The notes beneath the pieces were generated by a model. That model had not been told where the DNA came from and did no database searches. It worked only from the letters and a program-made list of their open reading frames with translations. From contig PAQF01000078.1 in NCBI GenBank assembly GCA_002709695.1, positions 116,980 through 180,979 of the forward strand: a stretch of DNA of 64,000 bases, written 5' to 3'. Origin of the DNA: Candidatus Poribacteria bacterium (lineage in GTDB: Bacteria; Poribacteria; WGA-4E; UBA9662). Shown piece by piece: positions 30,005 to 38,579 of the stretch (positions within the stretch are counted from its first letter, which is position 1; the number at the start of each line of letters is the position of its first letter). A program made the translations under genes and the position numbers.

Positions 30005-31093
30005 CTACACCATCTCCTTGTGCCTGCTACATGCTTCACAAAATGGTAGTAAGGAATGGCGAATATGTTGGCATTCTTCACATTTTTCATATAGGTTTTG
30101 ACCACACGATGGACATGTGTAAGGGGCTTCGGATGTGTCATCTTCTTTTTGCCAAATGGGGATTGCTCCTCGGAACTTACTTGAACTCCAATCAACTTCT
30201 TTGCGAAGACCACGGCGAATTGGAAAGTTACAGATGGGACAGAGCCATTTTCGGTATGCTTCCTTATATTGCTTTAATAACCAATCTTTTTGTGGGGAGG
30301 ATGCTAGCTGAATTAAGTGTCTTAAAATAATAATAACAACAAGAATTGCAACACCAATTAAAATATAATGAAAGAATTCAGCTGGAAAGTATTGCTGCAT
30401 AATCATACCTGTTTGCACGAAAGTGGCAACGAAAGCTGCGAAGACAAGTGGGGCGAAATCACTTTTTCTTTTGTAAACAAGGAGCCAAGTGACACCGAAC
30501 AAGAGCGGAATTATTAGTAACAGTTTCAAACCAGCTGTTTTCCATCGATGCGTACGCATTAAGGTATCAAATTTTTCCTGTCCAAGTTCGCGCCGAGTGT
30601 CAATTTTTTGCGTTATTGTATCTATTTCTTGTTGTAATTGACGTAGTTTCTCAGTCAGAACAACAATCTCATTATTGGCCTGTTGAAATTGTTGTTGGCT
30701 GGACAGATAAAGTGTCTGGCTTTCAGCCAAGGCGTTTTGCTGATCCACAGTAGGTTTCACGCTTTTTTCCAACGCCAGTCGATGCAAGCTTAGTAATTGT
30801 TCCATCGTTTCTTTGGAACTGCTCATGCTATTTTTCAGGATTTTCTGGTTTTCCTGTTGGTTCTTAATTTGGGCGACAATAGTGTTTTTTTCTTCGTTTA
30901 GCTTTTGTTCTTGATCTTGCAGTGAGTTGCCAATTGCTTCCGTTTGGATGGTTTGCCAGTTAGGCCCCTCAATATTGCCAATGTCAGACAGGATGTGTCC
31001 AATGGCCCATATTAAAAGCACAGTTAGGATGGCAGAAAAAGCATAAATCATAATCCGATGCGAGATAGGCCCTATTTGTTTGCCCACATTCAT
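30005..31093 (-). CDS. Hypothetical membrane protein: N-terminal TM, long coiled coil, 3 TM helices, C-terminal double zinc ribbon (4 CxxC)
   Basis: Hydrophobic IMIYAFSAILTVLLIWAIG; Q/E/L-rich heptads; LKLLLIIPLLFGVTWLLVY and others; CPICNF...CPSCGQ...CEECQH...CEAC. Abuts both FAD-oxidase genes. Confidence 0.5.
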   Translation of the reverse strand: MNVGKQIGPISHRIMIYAFSAILTVLLIWAIGHILSDIGNIEGPNWQTIQTEAIGNSLQDQEQKLNEEKNTIVAQIKNQQENQKILKNSMSSSKETMEQLLSLHRLALEKSVKPTVDQQNALAESQTLYLSSQQQFQQANNEIVVLTEKLRQLQQEIDTITQKIDTRRELGQEKFDTLMRTHRWKTAGLKLLLIIPLLFGVTWLLVYKRKSDFAPLVFAAFVATFVQTGMIMQQYFPAEFFHYILIGVAILVVIIILRHLIQLASSPQKDWLLKQYKEAYRKWLCPICNFPIRRGLRKEVDWSSSKFRGAIPIWQKEDDTSEAPYTCPSCGQNLYEKCEECQHIRHSLLPFCEACSRHKEMV

Positions 31094-32499
31094 GGTGTGA
31101 CTCCTATGGTTTCATCAATTGGAAAGATCTTTTTTGGGTTACATAGTTGCTTAGGGTTGAAAATATTTCGAATTGTAACCATGAAGTCCATATCTTCCTC
31201 TGAAAAAATTAGTGGCATAAACTCCTGTTTTTCGACTCCAATTCCGTGTTCACCTGAAATTGTTCCGCCAACATCAACACACGCTTGAAGAATTTCTTTA
31301 TTAACCATATGAACGCGTTCTACTTGATCTGAATCTCTTTTGTCAAAAAGCACAATAGGGTGAAGATTTCCGTCGCCAGCATGAAAAACATTGGCAATCG
31401 GAATATCATATTTCTTTGAAACTTCACCAACAAACTGAAGCATTTTAGGTAGTTGGGATCTTGGTACTGTACCATCTTGTGTAATATAATTGGGTGCAAG
31501 TAATCCGAGAGCACCAAAAGCATGTTTGCGAGCCGTCCAAAGTTTTTTCCTGTCCTCATCATCTTTTGCTGTTCGCACTTCTCGAGTATGATGGTCTTCC
31601 AATATTCGAATTATCTGATCGGCTTCATCCGACATTCCAACTTCGACACCGTCAAGCTCAACAATCAGTACTGCACCTGCGTCGGTTGGCAGCCCCCAAC
31701 TGAAAGCCGCTTCAACAGCACGGATAACGAAATTGTCCATCATCTCAAGAGCGGCAGGTACAATTCCATCGGCAATGATATTTGATACTGCATTAGTGGC
31801 ATTATCAATTGTTTCAAAGACACCAAGCATAGTGTAGTATGCTTGTGGATTTCGTGTTAAACGGACAATGGCCTTGGTGACAATACCGAGTGTACCTTCA
31901 GATCCTATCATTAGACCTCGTAAATCATAACCTAGGTCTTCTTCAATTGGTCCACCAAACTCAATAATTTCCCCATTAGGCAGTACAACTTCCATTCCTA
32001 AAATATGGTTGGTAGTAACACCATACTTTAGTGTGTGCGGTCCACCTGAATTTTCGGCGATGTTTCCTCCAATACTACAAGCCTGTTGACTAGATGGATC
32101 TGGTGCATAATGATAACCTTTATCTTGCACCGCTTGTGTCAACATCAAATTAACGACTCCAGGTTCGATTACTGCCTGTCGGTTTTCAAGATCAACCTCA
32201 AGAATCCGGTCCATTTTGTTCATAGCAATCATAATTCCTGCGTTTATGGGTAGCGTTCCACCGCTAAGGCCTGTTCCAGCACCACGTGCAATATAAGGTT
32301 TATTGTATGTATTCGCAAGTTTTACGATTTTCGAAATTTCTTCTGCTGAATCTGGAAACACGACAACATCCGGGAGAGCCTTGAAGAATTCTGCCCCATC
32401 ACATTCGTATACTTTGAGTGAAATGTCGTCAATGATTACGTTTTCATAACCTAGTAAATCTATCAATTCTAGGACAAGCGGCTCATCTTTTGACATCAA
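31090..32499 (-). CDS. FAD-linked oxidase (GlcD / D-lactate dehydrogenase-like)
   Basis: FAD_binding_4 motifs (ARGAGTGLSGG, GGNIAENSGGPHTLKYGVT) and a C-terminal FAD-oxidase domain; 469 aa. Confidence 0.85.
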   Translation of the reverse strand: MMSKDEPLVLELIDLLGYENVIIDDISLKVYECDGAEFFKALPDVVVFPDSAEEISKIVKLANTYNKPYIARGAGTGLSGGTLPINAGIMIAMNKMDRILEVDLENRQAVIEPGVVNLMLTQAVQDKGYHYAPDPSSQQACSIGGNIAENSGGPHTLKYGVTTNHILGMEVVLPNGEIIEFGGPIEEDLGYDLRGLMIGSEGTLGIVTKAIVRLTRNPQAYYTMLGVFETIDNATNAVSNIIADGIVPAALEMMDNFVIRAVEAAFSWGLPTDAGAVLIVELDGVEVGMSDEADQIIRILEDHHTREVRTAKDDEDRKKLWTARKHAFGALGLLAPNYITQDGTVPRSQLPKMLQFVGEVSKKYDIPIANVFHAGDGNLHPIVLFDKRDSDQVERVHMVNKEILQACVDVGGTISGEHGIGVEKQEFMPLIFSEEDMDFMVTIRNIFNPKQLCNPKKIFPIDETIGVTP

Positions 32500-32597
32500 T
32501 ACTCCTGATCCCAGTTGGTAAAAAACCGAGATACATTCAACCGGTATTATTGAATGTATCTCGGCTTCTATATGTTTATAAAATTAGTGCTGAAAAA

Positions 32598-33548
32598 TCA
32601 AGTGATCGTTAAATCATCCTGTTCAATTTCTTTCACTTGTTCAATTAGTTGCTGTGCTGCATGACGAAAAGCTTCAGATTGGGGGGATTCCGGATAAGCC
32701 ACTGTGATTGGTACACCAAGATCCCCACACTCACAGATTTTCGGATCTATTGGGATTTGACCAAGTAATGGTATGCCAAGATCTTCACTCATTTTCTTTC
32801 CACCACCAGATCCAAATATAGCTACTCGTTTCTGATTTTCGGGACTGATAAAATAACTCATGTTCTCAATTATACCAAGCATGGGAACATTCATTCGATT
32901 GCACATGCCAATTGAGCGTCGAACATCAGCAAGTGCAACATCCTGTGGTGTTGTAACAATTATTGCTCCCGTTAAGGGTAACGTTTGGCTTAACGATAAT
33001 TGGGCATCACCAGTTCCTGGTGGCATATCAATTACTAGGTAATCAAGATCATCCCATATAACGTCCCCTAGCATTTGGCGAATTGCGCTGTGAATCATTG
33101 GGCCACGCCAAATTAAAGCTTGTTCTTCGCTAACCATGAATCCAATTGACATCAGTGAAATATTATGGCTCTTTAGCGGAATCAGCTTTTTGTTTTCATT
33201 TGTCTTAGGTTGTTCCCTGATTCCCATCATAGTTGGAATACTAGGACCATAGACATCTGAATCCAACAAACCAACTTTATCACAAATCTCTGACAAAGCA
33301 ATTGCAATGTTTACAGCAACGGTAGATTTTCCAACTCCTCCCTTTCCACTCGCAACAATGATTACGTTGTCTACGTGTGGAATCAACTCATCCTGTTCTG
33401 GTTCAGCAGGAGGTTGTGTGGGTGTTGGAGTAGATTTGGAAACTGAGGACCCACTAATAACCTTCAGTTCAGGATGTGCTACGGTTTTTGGCTTTGCTTT
33501 GTCCTGATCCAATTTGTTCTCATCCTTTTTCTTTCCAAAAAACTTCAT
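32598..33548 (-). CDS. Mrp/NBP35 (ApbC-like) iron-sulfur cluster carrier ATPase
   Basis: Deviant Walker A VASGKGGVGKSTVAVNIA, and a CxxC in the C-terminal half (DPKICECGD). Confidence 0.85.
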   Translation of the reverse strand: MKFFGKKKDENKLDQDKAKPKTVAHPELKVISGSSVSKSTPTPTQPPAEPEQDELIPHVDNVIIVASGKGGVGKSTVAVNIAIALSEICDKVGLLDSDVYGPSIPTMMGIREQPKTNENKKLIPLKSHNISLMSIGFMVSEEQALIWRGPMIHSAIRQMLGDVIWDDLDYLVIDMPPGTGDAQLSLSQTLPLTGAIIVTTPQDVALADVRRSIGMCNRMNVPMLGIIENMSYFISPENQKRVAIFGSGGGKKMSEDLGIPLLGQIPIDPKICECGDLGVPITVAYPESPQSEAFRHAAQQLIEQVKEIEQDDLTIT

Positions 33549-33612
33549 ATTCTTCCTTTCAAGTAAAACAACGATGCTGACTTAAATTCTAAATTAAACG
33601 GTTGCTGACTTT

Positions 33613-34992
33613 TTAATTGGTATAATACAGACCAAAGAGAATCATCATCTCGTCCGTACTGAGGAATCCAAAGTTAACTTCTCTATTTCGTGTATTATTG
33701 TATGTTGCTATAAGTTTAACTCCTTGTCCGGCATCTAGAACAAGTGGAGGGTCCAATTCCAATATAGGTGGGTGTTCCCAATCGTTGGAGAAATAAATTT
33801 CTTCACCGTTTCTTTTTCCTCCGTTGATTTCGACTCGAAACTCGGTATTCAGTTCATGGGCATGTGAAAAGAGTTGGAAAATGTGAACCTTTTCTCGGAA
33901 ATTAAAGGTTTTATGCAAAGTAGTAATTCGATTTGGGGGCAGTCGAATGTCCAGATTTGTGAAAGTGATCACTTCTGCCATATGCTCAACCTGCTTTGGG
34001 TCTGCATAGTATAAATTGGCGTATACTTCACCTAATATCTTCGATTTTGTACGATTGACGTAATGTGAGTTTAGGTCAAACCCAGAATTTGCTGGAATTC
34101 TTAAAGCGATTCCAGCAGGAAATTTATAGTTCATCTTTGGCCACTGAGTACCTGCAACAAAAGTATGAAATCGCATTGATTGGATAGTGGTCAATATGTA
34201 ACTTCCATTTTTGTCTCTTAACTCACGGTAAACTTGAGGTTGTGGAATTGGTACGTTTGCTTGAAAACCATAGATAAGGAAATGATGACTCCCAGGTCTC
34301 ATAGAAATTTCTACCTGATTAATATAGATTGGTTCTGGGTTCTCCAGTGGTTGGTAATAAAAAAATTCACGTTCAGAATCAGGCTGAATTTCAAATTGCT
34401 TTACATGTAATTGTTTGCCATCTTTAGGAGGTGGGGGAGGAATAAATGCAGGTTGAGATTGGTATCGTTCTGTGTTCTCCAGCAATTTCAGATCCGCAAC
34501 CACAGTTGTTTTTGGCGCACCTTCTATAATCCATTTTCTAATGAATTCCAATTCCCCATATGTGAGTGGTGTTAATGGCCGGGGTGGCATAATACTTCCG
34601 TAACTTGGGTGGTCTTGGTAGAAATGATCCTCATTCGGTGCATTAATCTTTTCCCATAGAAAACTTTTAGCTAGGCTTTTTGGCCCGTTTGTTCCAACAA
34701 GTATCAGGCTATCTGAGCGAGCTGTAGCATTTTTTGGTATACGGTTGATCAATTGACTATAAGCAACATCAGGAGTGAGTATCAGCCCTGATTGAGTGGC
34801 TTCAGACGCTCCGTTTTGGTGACATGATACGCATTTTGGAGATAGAATTTGATCTTGGATAACCAGCCAAGTTGCGGCTGATGGAGCTTCAGCTAGAGAC
34901 TCTTCCATCGTTTCCTCTTCATCACTACTACAGCTAATAAATATCGTAAGGTATACAACAAGCAAGATAACTGAAACTAGTTTTATTTTCAT
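33613..34992 (-). CDS. Secreted lipoprotein with CxxCH haem-binding motif and PHM/DBH-like copper-monooxygenase histidine pattern (hypothesis)
   Basis: Signal peptide plus lipobox (LTIFISC), CVSCHQNG, PPPPPKDG linker, then SHHFLIYGF ... FSHAHELN ... DEMMILFG, resembling CuH (HH..H) and CuM (HxH..M) sites. Overlaps the IscS stop by 4 nt. Confidence 0.45.
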   Translation of the reverse strand: MKIKLVSVILLVVYLTIFISCSSDEEETMEESLAEAPSAATWLVIQDQILSPKCVSCHQNGASEATQSGLILTPDVAYSQLINRIPKNATARSDSLILVGTNGPKSLAKSFLWEKINAPNEDHFYQDHPSYGSIMPPRPLTPLTYGELEFIRKWIIEGAPKTTVVADLKLLENTERYQSQPAFIPPPPPKDGKQLHVKQFEIQPDSEREFFYYQPLENPEPIYINQVEISMRPGSHHFLIYGFQANVPIPQPQVYRELRDKNGSYILTTIQSMRFHTFVAGTQWPKMNYKFPAGIALRIPANSGFDLNSHYVNRTKSKILGEVYANLYYADPKQVEHMAEVITFTNLDIRLPPNRITTLHKTFNFREKVHIFQLFSHAHELNTEFRVEINGGKRNGEEIYFSNDWEHPPILELDPPLVLDAGQGVKLIATYNNTRNREVNFGFLSTDEMMILFGLYYTN

Positions 34993-36194
34993 GCTTGTTG
35001 CTGACTGCCTTTTCTAACTATCTTGTACATTGAGGACAAATTTCGTAATTTCGTTACTTGCTTTGATAGTTGGTCTGCAACAAAGTTAACTTGATTTAAC
35101 GTATTGCTGCGTCCTAATCCAAAACGAATTGGGGACCTAGCCAGTTCTTCTTCAACTCCCATAGCCATCAACACACGTGAAGTTTCGATTGATGATGAAG
35201 AACAGGCAGAACCTGTCGATAGTGCTATGTTGCTGAGATTTTCAAGTAGGGACAAACTCTCAACAAATTCAAAACTGATGTTTAGGTTGCCTGGCAATCG
35301 CTTTTCTGGATGGCCGTGTACATGCATGAAGTCAATATTTTCAGATATCTTTTGATGTAGATGATTGCGTAAATTTGTAAGATGCTTTGCTTCAGCTTCC
35401 ATCTCAGATTGGGCAATTTCACATGCTGCGCCAAAACCAACGATACTAGGAACATTCAGTGTTCCTGAACGGATGTTAGCTTCCTGACCTCCACCATGAT
35501 TTTGTGGTTTTATTCGGATTTTAGGTCGTTTACTGCGAATATGGAGCGCGCCAATACCTTTAGGACCGTACATTTTGTGTGCTGTCAGCGACATCAAGTC
35601 CACTTTCAAGGTATCAACGCTCGACTCGACTTTTCCAATTCCTTGCACAGCATCTGAGTGAAATAGCACACCATGATCCTGTGAGATTTCTCCGATTTCA
35701 CTCAATGGATTAATTGTGCCCACTTCATTGCTAGCATAAATGATACTTATCAATATTGTCTGGTCAGTGATAGCCTCTTTTACATCTTGAGGATCAACCA
35801 TACCATACTGATCAACTGGTAGATATGTAACTTCAAACCCGTCTTTTTCGAGTGTCTTACAGGATTCAAGAATTGCGCTATGTTCGATCTGAGAGGTAAT
35901 GAGATGGTTGCCTTTTCGACGGTATTGCTGGGCGACACCTTTAATTGCTAGATTGTCAGATTCTGTTGCACCATTGGTGAAAATAATCTCTTCCGGGTTA
36001 CATCCGATGAGCTTGGCTATCTGTTGTCGTGCCAGCTCGACCGCTTCTTTGGCACGCCACCCGAAAGCATGAGTATTACTTGAAGCATTACCAAACTCAC
36101 TAGTGAGATAAGGCATCATCGTTTCTAAAACGCGTGGATCTAGGGGGGTTGTGGCATGGTGATCCATGTAAATTCTTTGAAACGTTTTTTCCAT
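34989..36194 (-). CDS. iscS: Cysteine desulfurase, class I (IscS/NifS type)
   Basis: IYMDHHATTPLDPRVLETMMPYL, GATESDNLAIKGVA, PLP Lys region SLTAHKMYGPKGIGAL, and active-site STGSACSS. Confidence 0.85.
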   Translation of the reverse strand: MEKTFQRIYMDHHATTPLDPRVLETMMPYLTSEFGNASSNTHAFGWRAKEAVELARQQIAKLIGCNPEEIIFTNGATESDNLAIKGVAQQYRRKGNHLITSQIEHSAILESCKTLEKDGFEVTYLPVDQYGMVDPQDVKEAITDQTILISIIYASNEVGTINPLSEIGEISQDHGVLFHSDAVQGIGKVESSVDTLKVDLMSLTAHKMYGPKGIGALHIRSKRPKIRIKPQNHGGGQEANIRSGTLNVPSIVGFGAACEIAQSEMEAEAKHLTNLRNHLHQKISENIDFMHVHGHPEKRLPGNLNISFEFVESLSLLENLSNIALSTGSACSSSSIETSRVLMAMGVEEELARSPIRFGLGRSNTLNQVNFVADQLSKQVTKLRNLSSMYKIVRKGSQQQA

Positions 36195-36640
36195 TAGCTT
36201 CCTCTGTTCATAATGATAATTTTACTGAACCAATATAGTGAAGTCAAGTTCTTAACCCTACCCATCTATCAATTGTGAAAACAGGTATATCATAGAAATT
36301 AACTCAAGATCTTATGCGTGTAAAAAACGGTAAAAAGGTCATGTATTACGAAACCTTACCTTTTGAGTACACACAAATGGAATCCATTCACTATGAGACA
36401 TCAATCAGATTGCAATATCCTCAAAGTTGCCGTTATATTGACCGGCAGCATCAAATGATGTTGAGGTTCCCAACGGCGATTTGCGTGTTCTAGTGATTAT
36501 TTCATCTTTACTAAGTACTTTTAGGCTTTAATCTCATTAACCTTAGCATCATTTCCTTTCTCCTTTTTCAGCAGATAGTCCTAAGGCTAAATCAGGCTCC
36601 AATTTCAGATTTCGCATTGCTCTAGGTCACAATGATATTA

Positions 36641-37272
36641 AGGATTTTAAAGGCAAACATTTATGGTTCCAAACTCTGACTTCATCTACAGTTCTCGTGT
36701 ACACTTGGTACACTTTACCTAAACTTTTGTTTATACAGTTCCACCCTCCGATAATAGTTTCACCTTTGGTACCCATGTACCCTCCATTGCTTACGCTTTC
36801 TGCTACTTTTTCTCCATCAACATAAATTCTTCTGGCTTTTTTTGAATTATCAACCCAGAAGGTAAGGTTATATAAAGGCGCAAATGTAAACTCAAGTTTT
36901 TGCTATTCTTCTCATATTGAGAAAAGATAACTTCTTGTCCTTCAACTAATTTAGATTTTGGCCAAAATTGGACGGTAAAATCTGAATTATTGAAGGAAAT
37001 GTAATGTGTGGAATAATAACCTACGTCTTACCGTCAAGTTGAGACCCTCTGCCAATCTTTACTTCGATCCATCCGATCTTCCCGTTAATTTTCCCATTGT
37101 TCCCTTGGCCAGATCGATCTGTAACTATTTGACCTGCTCCTTCATCAAAAGTTAGAGCTAGAACTAAGTCTTTCGAAATATCTTGTGCTTGTAGTGATAA
37201 AACAGATAAAAGTGCCATTAAATAAATAAAAGAATGTCTTAAGCTATTTAAGTTATAATCTCTTCTCTTCAC
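36641..37272 (-). pseudogene. LamG/concanavalin A-like lectin domain protein, frameshifted pseudogene
   Basis: Intact signal peptide and start of LamG domain (ORF 37021..37272: ...LALTFDEGAGQIVTDRSGQGNNGKINGK...). The domain continues in two other frames (THYISFNNSDFTVQFWPKSKLVEGQEVIFSQ... and VYQVYTRTVDEVRVWNHKCL) over 36641-37020. Confidence 0.55.
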
Positions 37273-37486
37273 TTTTTCCCTTGTTGAGTTCTTATGGTAT
37301 AATTAACTTATAAATGATGTTATCATGGACTTGTATTAGTTTCTGTAGTAAACGCATACATTTTTGTTAAAAAACGTTACAAAAATAATAGTTGCTGAAA
37401 ACTCCGTATTTCTTGTTTTTTCTATTGCCATTTATGCTCCAATTGAATATCCAAATAATTATTTTGTTATTTAAGGTAAATTAATT

Positions 37487-38542
37487 ATGAATCGAACGGG
37501 AAGAGCCGTTGTCGCAAGCGGACAAAATTTCGAAATCCGCGAATATCCGGTTCCAGAGCCGGCTCCTGGGACGATTCTGCTGCGTCAGGAACTGGCAGGT
37601 ATCTGTGGAACGGACTTGCATAACTGGCAAAAAGGGATTGAAGGTGAAATGCTTCTTGGCCATGAGAATGTTGGTATCATTGATGCTATTGGTAAAGGTG
37701 TTGGAACCGATTATATCGGAAACTCTATCCAAGAAGGAGATCGGGTTATCCTTGCTCCTAGGGCAGATGAACGTGTCTATGGGTTTCACCCCGACCCCGA
37801 CGAGGCACCGCATTTCGGGGGAGGGTTTGCTGACTATATATACCTAACCTATTCTGGGACATGTTTCATTAAAACTGGAGCGCCTATCGACGTGGCTGTT
37901 TTGACAGAGCCTTTTGCTATTGCTGTACATGCCGTTATGAGGGCTAAAGTAAAGATTGGTGATACAGTTGTGGTTCAAGGTTCAGGAGCGATTGGATTGT
38001 TGACACTAGTTTGTGCCAAAATTAGTGGCGCAGCAAAATTGATTATGGTCGGGGGCCCCAGTGGTAGATTAGATTTAGCAAAGCAGTTAGGAGCAGATGT
38101 AACCATCAATATTGAGGAATTTTCGTCTGTTGAAGAAAGGACGCAATTAGTTAGAGATCAAACACTGCACAGTGAAGGTGCCGATGTTGTATTTGAATGT
38201 GCAGGATTCTTGCCAGCTATTACAGAAGGCCTCGGGTATGTTAAATATAGTGGAGTTTTCTGTGAGGTTGGACATTTTGTTGACGTTGGTTCTTTTGAAC
38301 TTAATCCAAACCAAATGTTGATGCGGAAAAATCTACGGTTGGAAGCAGTATGGAGTAGCCAGCATGAACATTTTGTTCGTGGGTTGCCAATTTTGGAGCA
38401 GGATGAATTTCCCTTTGCTGACATGGTAAGTCATGTACTACCATTATCCCGTATTCGGGAAGGATTTGAGGCTCTTGACGGTGGCTATCGTTTGGGTAAT
38501 GAGACGGTAATCAAGATTGCTGTCAATGCTCAAGCAGAGTAG
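37487..38542 (+). CDS. Zn-dependent alcohol dehydrogenase (MDR family; threonine/sorbitol DH-like)
   Basis: GICGTDLH with downstream GHE, NAD Rossmann VVQGSGAIG. Confidence 0.85.
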   Translation: MNRTGRAVVASGQNFEIREYPVPEPAPGTILLRQELAGICGTDLHNWQKGIEGEMLLGHENVGIIDAIGKGVGTDYIGNSIQEGDRVILAPRADERVYGFHPDPDEAPHFGGGFADYIYLTYSGTCFIKTGAPIDVAVLTEPFAIAVHAVMRAKVKIGDTVVVQGSGAIGLLTLVCAKISGAAKLIMVGGPSGRLDLAKQLGADVTINIEEFSSVEERTQLVRDQTLHSEGADVVFECAGFLPAITEGLGYVKYSGVFCEVGHFVDVGSFELNPNQMLMRKNLRLEAVWSSQHEHFVRGLPILEQDEFPFADMVSHVLPLSRIREGFEALDGGYRLGNETVIKIAVNAQAE

Positions 38543-38579
38543 ACAAGTACAAAAATACGACTATCTTTAGGATACTTCC

